NCBI GenBank assembly: GCA_963693365.1
Contig: CAVNZM010000016.1
Span: forward strand, 7,175,029-7,239,028
DNA: 64,000 bases
Direction of reading: 5' to 3'
From: Amoebidium appalachense
Taxonomy: Eukaryota > Protista > Ichthyosporea
This document shows, one piece after another, positions 14,136-37,692 of the stretch. A program made the translations under genes and the position numbers. The notes below the pieces were generated by a model that had not been told where the DNA came from, did no database searches, and saw only the letters and a program-made list of their open reading frames with translations. Position 1 is the first letter of the stretch. Each line of letters starts with the position of its first letter.

Positions 14136-15005
14136 TTTTGAATGCGGAACACAGTACGAAGTACGCATACACGATGAGAAGCATGGTGCAGGACACATGC
14201 AAAGGCAAACATTCAAGTATGCAGCATCAGCCATGCGCACAGTATGCGTCATAAGCAGAGCCCATCCTCAGGGAGGGCCCAAGTCATCAATTGCGTCTGA
14301 GTTTCGACCCCTTAGCCCGCGTATATACGACGCTCCAACTCAGACAGCAGCATCAACTGAACTTGGGTGGGTCAACCCGTCTTGATCAAAGACGAGCAGG
14401 GTTGCTTATGCAAGCAAGGTGAGCAAAACGGTGAAGATGTATGTGCAAACTAATGCAGTGCAGCGACAAACGCGTATGTGCTTACAGATGCACGACACAG
14501 AGCAACCATGCCCGGTTGCATGGAAGTAAAGATGTCTCCACACAGTGGTCTGTCCTGAAAGGACACCTCTGAAAGAAGACAGGGGGGGTTTTGAATGCGG
14601 AACACAGTACGAAGTACGCATACACGATGAGAAGCATGGTGCAGGACACATGCAAAGGCAAACATTCAAGTATGCAGCATCAGCCATGCGCACAGTATGC
14701 GTCATAAGCAGAGCCCATCCTCAGGGAGGGCCCAAGTCATCAATTGCGTCTGAGTTTCGACCCCTTAGCCCGCGTATATACGACGCTCCAACTCAGACAG
14801 CAGCATCAACTGAACTTGGGTGGGTCAACCCGTCTTGATCAAAGACGAGCAGGGTTGCTTATGCAAGCAAGGTGAGCAAAACGGTGAAGATGTATGTGCA
14901 AACTAATGCAGTGCAGCGACAAACGCGTATGTGCTTACAGATGCACGACACAGAGCAACCATGCCCGGTTGCATGGAAGTAAAGATGTCTCCACACAGTG
15001 GTCTG
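14136..15005 (-). mobile_element. Head-to-tail dimer (453-bp period) of the longest copy of the structured repeat family (subfamily A)
   Basis: Units 14136-14552 and 14589-15005 appear identical by eye, and are near-identical to 42110-42494. Confidence 0.9.
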
Positions 15006-16336
15006 GGGGGGGGGGGAGGGCAAACAAACAATTTGCACCACAGAGTAGCGCTTTTGGGTAGAATCACGTGCCGACCCTATTGTTGCTGCCGTCTCGACAC
15101 ACAGATCTTGATGTGCCTGCTTGCGGTGCTCTGTGTGTGGCAGGTGGTGAGGCATGGGGGGGGCTACATCTGCCATCTGGAGTGGTGTGTACGTGTGCAC
15201 AGGAAGGAAAGAGGGAACATGGGGAAAAGTCTATCGTGTCGGCGATTCCATACTGCAGTGTGGCAGTCGTCGTTTGTGTTTGGGTGTGTATTGGGGGAGG
15301 GGGGGGGGGGGGAATAAGGCTTTAAGAGAGTGTGGGAGGGAAAGAGGGACGATCGGGTGAGTGTGTGTGAAGGACAGACCGATATGCATAGTTGGTGGTG
15401 GTGGTGGAGGTGGTGGTGGTGGTGGGGGGGGGGGGGGGGGGGGGGGGGGATTGCTCACCTTATCCCCTGGGTCTGGCAGGAAGAGTAGGAAGGCAGTCAG
15501 GCGCAATGTTGATTTGCTGGCTTGTGGCTAGCCGATACCAGGTGGGGGTGGTGAGTGACTGCATCACCTGTGCCGTGTGAGAGTACAATGGAGAGGGGGA
15601 GGGGACTTTCAAAAGGAATAATAGATGCTTACGTGTTGTGTGCTTGGGTGATGCTGGAGGGGGAATGGTAGGGAAGTAAGAAGCGTAACACACACGAGTC
15701 CGAGCAGTGTAACATTGAAAAGGCATCTTTAATTTATGCTGGAGGCGAGGGGCCACACGATGACGTCATAACTACCTCCTGCATGCCTGCCAGGGCCAGC
15801 CTGGACAGGGGGGGTTCAAAACGGGCATCTATCCCAAATCACAGATCGGGAGGGGGTCTTAGTAACATTCATACAATTGCCTAAGGTTTTTAATCACTAC
15901 CATTTCAACACGGCACAGGGCTATATTGATTCAGCCAGCCAGAGAATTAGTTTTAAATTTGCATACGGGGCTAAACTTTCACGCATATATTAGACCCCCC
16001 AAGTCGACGGGGGTCAGCCCCAAGCATTCCGTGGCAAGACTAACAACTAGCCCCAACACAACACAGAACCGACATATGAAGGGGGGGGGGGGGGGGGTAA
16101 TTTGGGATTTTCATGTTTCGATTATGCAGGAAGAGTATATCAGGTATCATCGCACGAAAACGGGTAACAGACGGACCTTTGAAAAGAGGTTAGGGGCCGG
16201 GCCGCCTGGTTTCCCCTTGCACAAGTGTCGCCCTGTGGGGCCGCTCCGGCACACAAACCGTCGTTCATACAGACAGTCACGTATACACACAAACACTAAC
16301 TATACAATACACAACCCACACAGGAAGTGTAGTTCC

Positions 16337-17314
16337 TTAGCACAGAGTAGCAATAGTAATGCCCATGCTCCGAGCCATGGTCTGCAGACGGCGCAGTCTA
16401 TCAGCCATCCTTGCCTGCTCATCTCTCAGCTGCTGCCTCCTAGCCACAAGTTCGGCCTGGCCCATCTTGAGTTGCTTGATGTGTCCCGTGGCTCCTTTCA
16501 GAATCAAAACCTTTGGGCTCTTGTCATTAAGACGGAGGTCAGGCACGGCGGTACGCAGACCGTCAAAGGATGAGCGGAGGTCATCACGTCTCTTGCGCTC
16601 AAGCACGTTGTGGATGCTACGGCGAGCCTCATGTTCGACCGGCTGCTCATCACCACTGCCACTACTCTGGCTTGAGGTGGTAGGAGAAGGTGTGGAGGCA
16701 ACACTAGTGCGACCAAGACCAAAGTCCATGCGGGGTTTCTTGGCAACAGGCGCCGTTTGTGCATACAGTGGGCTCAGGCCATTGGGACCAAGCACGTTGG
16801 CCGTGTAGTCAACATCAGCAAGAGTGAACAGACGCTTGGTGGGGAGGGGGAGTGCATCGGCAGGGTCGACAGTGACAACATCAATCTCCTCATCACTGTC
16901 CTGAGGGGTCTCGAGTGTCGAGGGAAGGAGGTCCAGGGGGTCCAGGGAGAACTTCTCCGACGTCACGCTGCGCGGGGAGGAGGGAGCAGTAGAGGTGGGG
17001 GTGCCAAGCTCGAGAGTGGACATACTGCCATTGCCAAAGAAAATCTGCTCGAACATGTACGAATTGACATCGTCGGGGAGGGGGGTGCTGGCCACCTCAT
17101 CCTGCCAGTCAAGGAGAGGGAGGATGGGGGCTGGGGACCCGACGGAGGAGCAAGCGTCGGATGGTGGGGGAGTGGGCATGTCAAAGCGCACGGTACACTC
17201 ATCCACACTAGAGGCAAGGTCCAGGGGGAAAAGGTCATCAACATCGAGAAGGATGGTCTCATCGGGGAGGTCCACATCGGGGAAGTCCGCAAGCGATGTC
17301 ATGTCTAGCTCCAT
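16337..17314 (-). CDS. MYC: Myc family bHLH-LZ transcription factor, 325 aa, uninterrupted CDS
   Basis: C-terminal RRSIHNVLERKRRDDLRSSFDGLR...KSPKVLILKGA + zipper; MBI-like FDMPTPPPS; MBIIIb DSDEEIDVVTV; NLS-like PVAKKPRMD. Probable 5'-UTR intron acceptor (ATATACAG) near 17343. Confidence 0.93.
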   Translation of the reverse strand: MELDMTSLADFPDVDLPDETILLDVDDLFPLDLASSVDECTVRFDMPTPPPSDACSSVGSPAPILPLLDWQDEVASTPLPDDVNSYMFEQIFFGNGSMSTLELGTPTSTAPSSPRSVTSEKFSLDPLDLLPSTLETPQDSDEEIDVVTVDPADALPLPTKRLFTLADVDYTANVLGPNGLSPLYAQTAPVAKKPRMDFGLGRTSVASTPSPTTSSQSSGSGDEQPVEHEARRSIHNVLERKRRDDLRSSFDGLRTAVPDLRLNDKSPKVLILKGATGHIKQLKMGQAELVARRQQLRDEQARMADRLRRLQTMARSMGITIATLC

Positions 17315-19586
17315 GATGGCGTGTGTTGCTTCTAGAAACTACCTGTATATGCTATTCACCAGGCCGCCAGATACAGCCCAAAATAAAGTATGAGAGCCTG
17401 GGTTTGAGTGAAGGAAACATAGAAACTGTGCGTGGGAACAGTTGGGTGTACTATGCTACACCCTGTGTGGAAAAACGAGCAAAACCCCAAGACAGGCTGG
17501 CTCTGTGGATGCTAAAGGCACAGCTAGCTCACTGGCTGCGTGTGCACGCGTACACAAATACAAAAGGGGGCAGACTCCGTGTGCGTTTACAAAACAAAGC
17601 CCGGCCAAGTTCTTGGGGCGATATTTGGCCCGCAAGCGGTAAACTGGGCAATAATGTGAATAGAAACTGTTTATATAGGTCACACCTGACCGGCAGATGA
17701 TTGGGCCACGAGACGCCTCTTGTCATTGGCTTGAATGCCGAGAATCAGACATCGGGCGATCTTGATAACATCATACGTAAATAAATAACAAATGAAAACG
17801 TAGTTTATATACATAATCCATACCCTTGAAATATTTATTAATTTTCTGTATGCATTTTGAATATCAATGCATCGTCACGTGTTTGGTATTTAGGGGTAAG
17901 TTGAGAGCCCCGTTGTGAACTACGCTGGTTTTGATTGGTTTAGATCATGTGTCGACATTGCCGCTGACGCCCGTCTGCCGTTCAGTCCCAGATTTCCTCG
18001 CCGCGTGCTCGCCGTTGATTCGTTCACATAACAGTCAAAGGGACCGTTGCTTTTGTGTGGGGCTCTTTACTTCTATGGTAGATTTATTACCTAGAGGCTT
18101 TTACAGCAAACTATAAACGTGTTTCGCTTTGTTCACTGATGCCTGCTGTGTAAATACAGACAAACGAAATCAGATTGAACGACTCAAACACAAAGCGAAA
18201 ATGTGGTGCATTCGTAACCAGTCAATGCCCGCAATTATCACGACTGCATCTTGACCCTTGCTTTATGTTGTAGATCCGTGCCTGGCTCACCGTCACTGCT
18301 GTGGTCCTGCAGCTTACGCGGTGCATTTTTCCCAGATATTTTTTTTTACTTCTTCTACAATAATGCAGAATAGTATTGCGATAGGAGTTTATTATAATTC
18401 TTGTTGACTAGAAGTTTATCCCGAGGCCCATGCAGTACAAAAAATAAATGACCAGATTTGTGCGCTTGATCTCGGGCGGAGCGCCTATTTGTCTGCCAGT
18501 AACCAATGAAAACACACTTCGCTCTCATTTCACTGTACTTTCCGATCACATTATCCCAAAACCGATGAGGCAAAAAACCAAGCCTTCTCTTTGCGAATAA
18601 AATCAAATATCCACATGCAAAATAATGAATTGTGCTCTAAGGTACGGGTAATCTATTCCTAATGAATGGTTTTATCACAACCTTTATTGGAGTCGGTGTA
18701 GAAGGTTAAAGCTATAACAAGCAAATACAAACCACCTTGCGGGGGGCGCTTGTGAGCCAAATTTTACATTTTTACCATAGAAAGTGAAGAATCACTACAA
18801 CAGCAAAATAAAAGATTCTATTTTCTGTTTACAGACAATAAAAAAAGTATAAAATCTATATTTATTTCAAAAACTAGTACGCACTTTCCTTGAGTCCTTC
18901 CAAAACATCCGTTGCTAAGAAAATAAAGGTCCTCAAAATCCTACAAGGAGCCCGTGACCTGCAGTAGTCGTGGCGGCCAAAAAAATTCTCATGCGCTCCT
19001 ATTGGCCGGAAATGCAAAGAAACATGACCAAATAAAGGCATATCTTATTTAGCTATCGCTTTTGGGCTCCGATTGGTTGTATGAAGAATTCCAGAAGTCT
19101 CCATCGATCTGAACAACAAAGGCCCGTGGGCCCGCCGCCCGTGAGCATTTTGCCTGAGTGGGCGTCGCCAACGTCGGTCAAGGAATCAGTCAGCTGGAAA
19201 TTCTTTCTCCCAAGGTGCTTTTTGGCTTAGAATAGAATTCCTCACAAGCACTCGGTCGCTCCAAAGCTGCATTGAAGCTTATTGATAGAAGCTCTCCATC
19301 CTGCCGTATGCTGCAAGGGTAAAGGCTGAATCAAACTTATGTCATTCAATTGATCACAAAGAACAAACTGACAAGCCCTTTAAGCTAATGGCCCACGTTC
19401 CAATCGCCCCCGCGGCATGTTCGTGAGCCACCGCTTTTATCCTCGCCAATAAAGTCGATTTCACCGTCCAAATCACCGACAGAACGCAGGCTTCTGATTG
19501 GCTCTGCGCATACGTTACAGGTGCGACAACGGGCCCCAACTGGTGGCATTGTGAGCCACTTCGTAGACTCTGAAGAGAGTCGTCGA

Positions 19587-21276
<1,690 letters not shown>

Positions 21277-23219
21277 GTCGTCGTTGACGGCGTCGCCCGC
21301 CCGGCGTCACAGCAAAAAAAACATAGTTTTCTAGATCTGGTCATTTCTGTTTATGTTTTCTCGAAGAAAAAAGTAATCTCTGTTTGTTTATTACCTTTCA
21401 ATGGAATGCCTTAACAGTTGTGGACGCGGAGATGTCGACAGGATGACTTACGCACGGGCTGCTTTTTTCAGCACACACCCATTCACTCAAAAACGTTTTG
21501 TGATCACTTTGAGAGAGTAAGGTGCACCCGTCAGCCGTGCATGCATCACGTGCCACGTGTGTGTCACATATTGCCACGTGAGCAGAGTCTCTTTGACCTG
21601 CGTCTTCATGTGTCGTGACCTTATTCGGTGTCTTTTTTTAGTTCTTTGTTTAGCAACAGCAACAGAATACTGGCTTGTTGCCGAAAGAAGCCTGGGCGTC
21701 CGTCACAAGAAGCTCAGAAAAACCGTTACTTTGTGTGACACTGTGCAGGTATCAGGTTTGACCATCGTGTGTGTGTGTGTCTGCTCGTTAGCTCGCCTTC
21801 TGGTGTGGGTGCGTTTATTAGGTCGCCCTATGTGTGCACGTGTGCCCGGCGCTCGTTTCTACGTGTGTGTGTGCCACTCAAAATGCAACCGTCTTGGCCA
21901 TTTTCTCCATCACGGACCTAGGCAAGAACGTAGTATACGCACTATGCATGCTTGTGTAGCCTAAGAGTGCACACATTTCAATTGTGTTTACACACTTGTC
22001 TTTTGTAGTAGGTGTGGCTATACAGGGACAGTGTGTGTGTGCTTGTGGCGTGTACATCGGTGACTCTGTGGCTGTTGATAACGCCTGGAACGTGTAGCAA
22101 CAGGTACTTACTTGTCTTGTAATTAGTTCGACCAGCTATCAGAGCACTGCAGCTGTAGTCGAAGTGTCAGTTTTTTGTTGCTATGTACTATTCATGAATG
22201 TTATCATGTGTAGTAAACCTGCCAACCGAACGTTGCAACGTGGTGCACATGTATACTTTCAGGTTCAAGTGTCTTTGTGCCAGTTAACTTTTATCGGAGA
22301 ATGAATTGGCTGTATGCATGCCATTTTCAGTTTATGTGTGGATAAGAACTTATACGTGGTATAACGATTGAAACTCTTTTGTCATTGCATTGTCAACCAC
22401 AATCCAGTTTCAATCGCAATGCTGGAATAATGGAATAACGTACAGTAACGTACAGCACTGATTCCAAGATCATGTATGCCTTAGTGTTGGCGGCCCAGGT
22501 GCCCGTGTGTGACAGGGAGCTTGCACGTGTCCATGCCTTACAGGTTGCGTGTGTGTGTACATATGCCGGTTACCTCATGTTTACGGAAGTGTGTCCCTCA
22601 AAGTGAAACTGTCTGTGCTCGTTCCCGGGCAGGGAAGCCTGGTGTGTGTGTGTGTGTCCCTGTGTGTAAGGGAGACGATCCGGGGGGGATGAAGGAGAGA
22701 CACCGGGTGTGTTCTGGGAAATATCTGCGAAACACGATGACCACAGGCAGGCCATCCCAGCCACGGTGACGGCTGGGCTGTTCAACGACGATGGTGAGGA
22801 CTAAATATATTTTGCTTGGTAGGCACACACTAGATAGGCTTTGCCCCATCACATGCATGTGGCAATCATGCATTTGGTTGCACTGCACACACACTGAGCT
22901 ATTACCACAAGCTTGCGCCACCTGGTGAAATCGGTCATGGTGGGTCGTCGGAGCCGGGGCTCGAGGAGGGTGAATGGGTGGGTTTGTGTGTGTGCGTGTG
23001 TGTGGGGGGGGGGGGGGGGGGGGGGGGGGAGGGGGAGGGGGGAGGGGGGGGAGGGGGGATAGCCACGTCTACGCACAGCCTGAGCTGCGCAATCTTTTAA
23101 GGCGCGACTTATATATTATAACAACGAAGCGGGCAGGGGGAAAAATCCGAACAGGAATGGTCACACGGTGTTTCAGTTGGTGCTTGCTAATGCATATGCC
23201 ACGCAGACGCGTAGCAACC

Positions 23220-23640
23220 CAACACCTGCAGCATATACAATGACACACACACAGGCTGCATGCAAACTTCACACGACCAAACTGGCAATGAAGACCACCT
23301 TGGGCAAAGCATAATCACCAAAATTGTTTCACTGTGACACCTTCCCTGCCACACACACCTGCAGCATATACAAGGACACACACTCACAGGCTGCAAACAC
23401 ACCCATGCACACTTCATAAAGACCACATTATGAATGAATACCACCTTGGGCAAAGCACAATCACCAACAGATTGTTTCAACACACCTTTCTCTGCCACAC
23501 ACACCTGCAGAATATACAATGACACACACACAGGCTGCAAACACACGCATGCACACTTCATACAGACCACCTTGTGAATGAAGACCACCCTGGGCAAAGC
23601 ACAATCACCAACATTGTTTCAACACACCTTCCCTGCCACA
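23220..23640. repeat. Minisatellite, three diverged ~135-145-bp units
   Basis: ACACCTGCAGMATATACAA at ~23222, 23355, 23501; CCACCYTGGGCAAAGCAYAATCACCAA at ~23296, 23441, 23586. Confidence 0.85.
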
Positions 23641-23772
23641 CCCATGGCCACCCTCTCATCTCACGACGTTAGGCATCCACACAGATCACCAAACAACCGG
23701 GCGCGGATAAGACACATTCAAACATTCAAACACGTGATGATAGTATTAACATTGTGCACCCACCAGGGGCGT

Positions 23773-24297
23773 CTAGTAGCTGTAGTGATGAACCCCAGGC
23801 ATAAGGCACTTGTGCGCCAGATCCCTCAGCGTGAACCGATCCACCCCCAGGTCACGGATAATCGATCTTCCCTTTCCGTTGTAGAGGGATCGGTTGCGAA
23901 TGCGTGATGGGCATGAATCCTTTGGCATGGCGTGAAGTCGCAACTGAGCCTGCATGCGGATGGCTGGGGGGACAGCCTGACTGCACGTGACAGCCTTCAG
24001 CGCCCGCCTCTCCGACTCGTACTTTGCCACGGTGATGCGTTTCCTAAGGTCCTTTCTAAGCGCGTGGTTGAGCATATCTGTAGGGGGAAGCTTGGACGCA
24101 TTCATCAAGTCAACTTCCCATGGTGGGAGGGGTCTGACGTTTGCTTTTGGCGGTGGCGGAGCTGTGGCCTCTTTGGCTGGGGCAGCGGGCTTGGCGGCGG
24201 GCTTTGGTGCTGCCTTGGCAAAGGCACGTGTGAGGGTGAGAGGGACGGCCTGGGAAGGCACACACAGGGCACGGTGGATCTGGCGCAGTGAAAACAT
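23773..24297 (-). CDS. MRPS14: Mitochondrial ribosomal protein S14 (uS14m) with N-terminal presequence, 174 aa, intronless CDS
   Basis: RKDLRKRITVAKYESERRALKA...AQLRLHAMPKDSCPSRIRNR...GKGRSIIRDLGVDRFTLRDLA...MPGV matches the uS14 pattern. The ATG is directly preceded by TTGCAG (likely acceptor). The N-terminus is R/A/K/P-rich and acid-poor. Confidence 0.88.
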   Translation of the reverse strand: MFSLRQIHRALCVPSQAVPLTLTRAFAKAAPKPAAKPAAPAKEATAPPPPKANVRPLPPWEVDLMNASKLPPTDMLNHALRKDLRKRITVAKYESERRALKAVTCSQAVPPAIRMQAQLRLHAMPKDSCPSRIRNRSLYNGKGRSIIRDLGVDRFTLRDLAHKCLMPGVHHYSY

Positions 24298-24582
24298 CTG
24301 CAACGTCAAGAAGATTAGTGGTGTGTCTAAAGTGGTCGTGAGGTAGTGTGGCAGGCAGGATAGAGACTGCTGAGAGAGAGAAAAGCCAACCCCAAACAGC
24401 GGAGTAGACATACTGTGGTAAATAGAGTTTATAGAGAAGGGAAAGGGGCAAACACAAGAGACCAGCTGTGAAAAACTTCATAAATACCGAAACGAAATGA
24501 CCTGAAGGACAGACGTGTGTGAAAGACAAATATCAGCATCGTGGCTGCGCCGGTGTGTGTGTTCCCGCGCGTGTGTGCTAGG

Positions 24583-24664
<82 letters not shown>

Positions 24665-24926
24665 ACGCGCGCACGAGGAAACGAGTGTCAGTGTATGTGT
24701 GTGTGTGTGTGCGCACGTGTGTGTGTGTGTGTGTGTGCGTGTGTGTGTGCGTGTGTGTGTGTGTGTGTATGCGTGTGAGCGAGGGAAAGAGTGAATGTGT
24801 GTGTGTGAGTGCGTGTGTGTATGTGGGTGTGAACACAAGAATCACTGGCTTGGGGGGGGGGGGGGGGGGGGGGGAGGGGGGAATAGAAAGAGAGAAAGAG
24901 AGAAATCGAGAGCGAGAGCGAGAGAG

Positions 24927-24987
<61 letters not shown>

Positions 24988-24997
24988 AGGGAGGGAG

Positions 24998-25106
<109 letters not shown>

Positions 25107-25606
25107 TAGAGCGCATGTCTGTGTGTGGGCCTGGGTATGTGTGTTTGTGTGTGTGTAGTGTATTTTGTGCATGATAAGCCCGTTGCATGTGTCCAAATGC
25201 TTGTGTGGGTGCAGGTGCACCCATGTGTCGATGTGTGCAAACGTGTGTGCTTGTGTGCGTCTATGTGTGTGCCCCTTAGTGCATCTGTGTGCAGCATGCA
25301 TGCTTGCACGTGTGTGCATGTGTCTCGTATGTGTAGACTGCAAGTGGGTCACACGGGTGTGCATGTGAAGGCATGCTATAAAACGGAGCAAGGTGAGAAA
25401 GGGAGTCTGGGGTTAAAGAGGTATATGGTACAGGAAACATGTTTCATCTGCCGTAAGTGCAAGAAAGTGATAGAGAAGATGTACCTGGGGTTGCGGGGGA
25501 AGAGGAGGGTTAAATGGAGTTGGTCTTGGCAGAATATGTCGGGGGTAAAACCCGAAGCGCCTTGAAAGATGAACGAGAGCAGACAAGGCAGAGGGGTTGG
25601 TGTGTT

Positions 25607-25648
<42 letters not shown>

Positions 25649-26750
25649 AGGGCGAGAGATGGGGCAGAAAACGAAACTGGTGTAACAAGTCAAGCGAGCA
25701 AAAGGTTTTGGGCGAGGTACAGCAGTTTGAGAAAATAAAGAAGCCGTAAGGCAGGAAGAAACGGAAGGGTCGAAATACCGATTGTGACTGCGAACGGCCA
25801 AAGGAGAGAGGGAGGGAGGGAGGGAGGAGAAACACTGTCACCTACACCAGTAGAGGATTAGGGAAAGGGCACGGGGAACAGGAAACATGCCGAACATGAA
25901 TAATAGAAAAGTGAGAAACACCCTTAAGGAAAGAAAAAGGAAGGAGGGAGGGAGGGGCGAGCGCACGGACATAAGTTGTTGAAAGTGGAAGGAAAGTGGG
26001 ACGAACTAAGCTTCTCGGTGTCGAAGCAGTGATGAAGGTGGAAATATGCGTAAGTGTGTGGGTATTGGGCGTGTGGGTGTGCAAGAGTGCGCTAGCACAC
26101 CTAGGAACATCAGAACTATATACAAAGAAACATGCAACTCACCTTCAACGCTTCTGCCAGACAGCTCCTTTGGGAAACTTTGCGAGTAGCCTAACCCTTC
26201 CAACGCTGCCACAAACTACTCCCAAGTCCTGTAATGATATCCAACCACCACGCTCACAAATTGTGGGTACCAAAGTTAATCCTAGAACCAAAATGCTCCT
26301 ACTTTCCTTTCTCAGAAACACTCGAAACTTGTCATTCCTGCGAAGTGAACTGACGGCGTGTGCCAGTCTGAATGTGAAATTTCGGCTTTGGGGTTGTAAG
26401 CTTGTTTTTATGTATCGATTGGGGTCTTTCCGAGAGGTTGGCTGAAGTTTTCTTTTAATCGTACTGGACTCTATTAACTGCTACAAATAATTAACAATTT
26501 AGTGTTATAGTACTTTAATCTTCTGTTGGTTTATATCATGCAACCATATGTTGCCCAAGGACGCTCAGATTGCGGTGACTTCAACGATCTTGCCGCCGGG
26601 CGCAGGCGACCAGCGCAACACAAGTCTTCTGTGCACGTGTACAAATTGTCTACGCTTACGTGCACCTGTTAGGGTTTTATTTTCTTTCTGCTTCGTGCAT
26701 TCCCGACACCAACCTCATAACCAGTTGCGGGCGCAGGGGCATAACTGTAA

Positions 26751-36125
<9,375 letters not shown>

Positions 36126-37197
36126 CCTTATATGGAATGAAGACATTGCCTTATTTGGAAGGGGCCACGTGACTTGGACGAAGCTGGAGCGTTTACGTCA
36201 TTAGGTCGCCCACAATCTAGTTTCCCTTTCGATTTGTTCCTTTCTTGTGGGAGGTTAGGGGGGGGGAAGGGAGGGGAGAGGGGAGAGGGGGGGGGGGGGG
36301 GGGGGGGGGGGATATCACAATGAAATTTTCTTGATGGTTGTGTCTTGTCTAATGCAGCTGGCTTCTTGTTTGCATTATCAGTTGCTTTAATTATGTGTGT
36401 GGAAGGGCCAGGCGTCAACCCACTCATAACTAAAAGTGTTTGTCACCATTATGCATAGCAGTTCTGCTTTGTCTATGGGTACTATTTTATGATTACGCCA
36501 CCTACAAACACCATTGAGTTTTAATTTTTTATCTCTAAATGCTTGCCTACTCGTGTGATTTTGGAAAGGGGTTGTGATGGTCTAGACAAAAGGTGTGTGT
36601 GTGGGTGTGGGTGTGTGTGTGTGTGTTGGGGGGGGGGGGAGGGGGGGGGGGGGGGGGGGGGGGGGTATATGCTGTCTTGAACGTGCATAGGATATGTGTG
36701 GTATGGGTATAGGCTTCGAGACACGAGTGCAGGTGTATTGGAAATTTCAAACAACTGTATGACGGCGGTGCAGGCACGGCATTGATTTTTATAAAAACCG
36801 GTATATTGGAAACGAAAATTGGATGTTGCTGTGATTATATGTGGCCAGGGCAAGGCATGGATAGAGAACAGTAAATTTCCATTAAAAACGGGAAAACTAC
36901 ACAGTGGTGATCTCAGCAGTCATAGGTGCAGGGTTGATGCCCCTGTGTTGCGTTTAATTGTGTACATGCATGTGGGTGCCTGTACCACGTGTCATGTGTG
37001 TGCACGTGCGCGTTCAGTGTGTGGGTGTGTTTGGATGTGCAACTTGAATGTGTTGCATGCTTCCTCAACTCGCTGTGCATGTGCTTGCAAATGCGCTCTG
37101 TGTATCATGCATATCCGCACGCCCGCACTCTCTGCATGATGTAGGTGATTGTACATGTGCAGCCGGCCGGCTGAGACGTCGACGTCTCCCTCCTCCC

Positions 37198-37229
<32 letters not shown>

Positions 37230-37590
37230 AGCCGCCGCCGCCGCCGCCCGCTGCCCGTCCCCCTGGGCCTCACTTCCAAACACACACACATGCTTTATAC
37301 AAACACACACGCACGTCTTATACAAACACACACACTCGTGTTATACAAACACACACACTCGTGTTATACAAACACACACACACAAACACACACATGCGTG
37401 TTATGCAAACACACACACACGTGTTATACAAATATACACAAACGTGTTATACACACACACGCACGTGTTATACATTGCACACACGTACACATTTGGCACC
37501 CAGTGGCACAAGTATCAGTGCAGTTGCATTCAACCATGGCCCGGAGACTTATTATTATAATTATGTTTGGGCAAAATCGCCGATAATAGA

Positions 37591-37692
<102 letters not shown>

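Noticed and set aside
14270-14350. Canonical hammerhead ribozyme in the repeat element (CUGAGGA, UGAUGA, GGUCGAAAC present)
   Set aside because: The CUGANGA-like words are not positioned 5' of stem II with a matching stem I, and the GUH triplet seen in copy B is absent in subfamily A. HDV (no P1.1/L3) and SECIS (no GA quartet or AA loop) also fail.
14122-14838. Repeated 87-113-aa ORFs (FECGTQYEVRIHDEKHG...) also at 42017 and 11856
   Set aside because: Frames are not preserved in subfamily B copies and starts lie in flanking poly-G; these are by-products of the non-coding repeat.
21400-23200. Possible spliced gene between the hAT element and MRPS14
   Set aside because: Some splice-like signals, but no consistent reading frame or recognisable protein.
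23220-23640. CRISPR-like array (also considered for 62918-63110)
   Set aside because: Units are wholly repeated with no unique spacers, there are no cas genes, and the context is eukaryotic.
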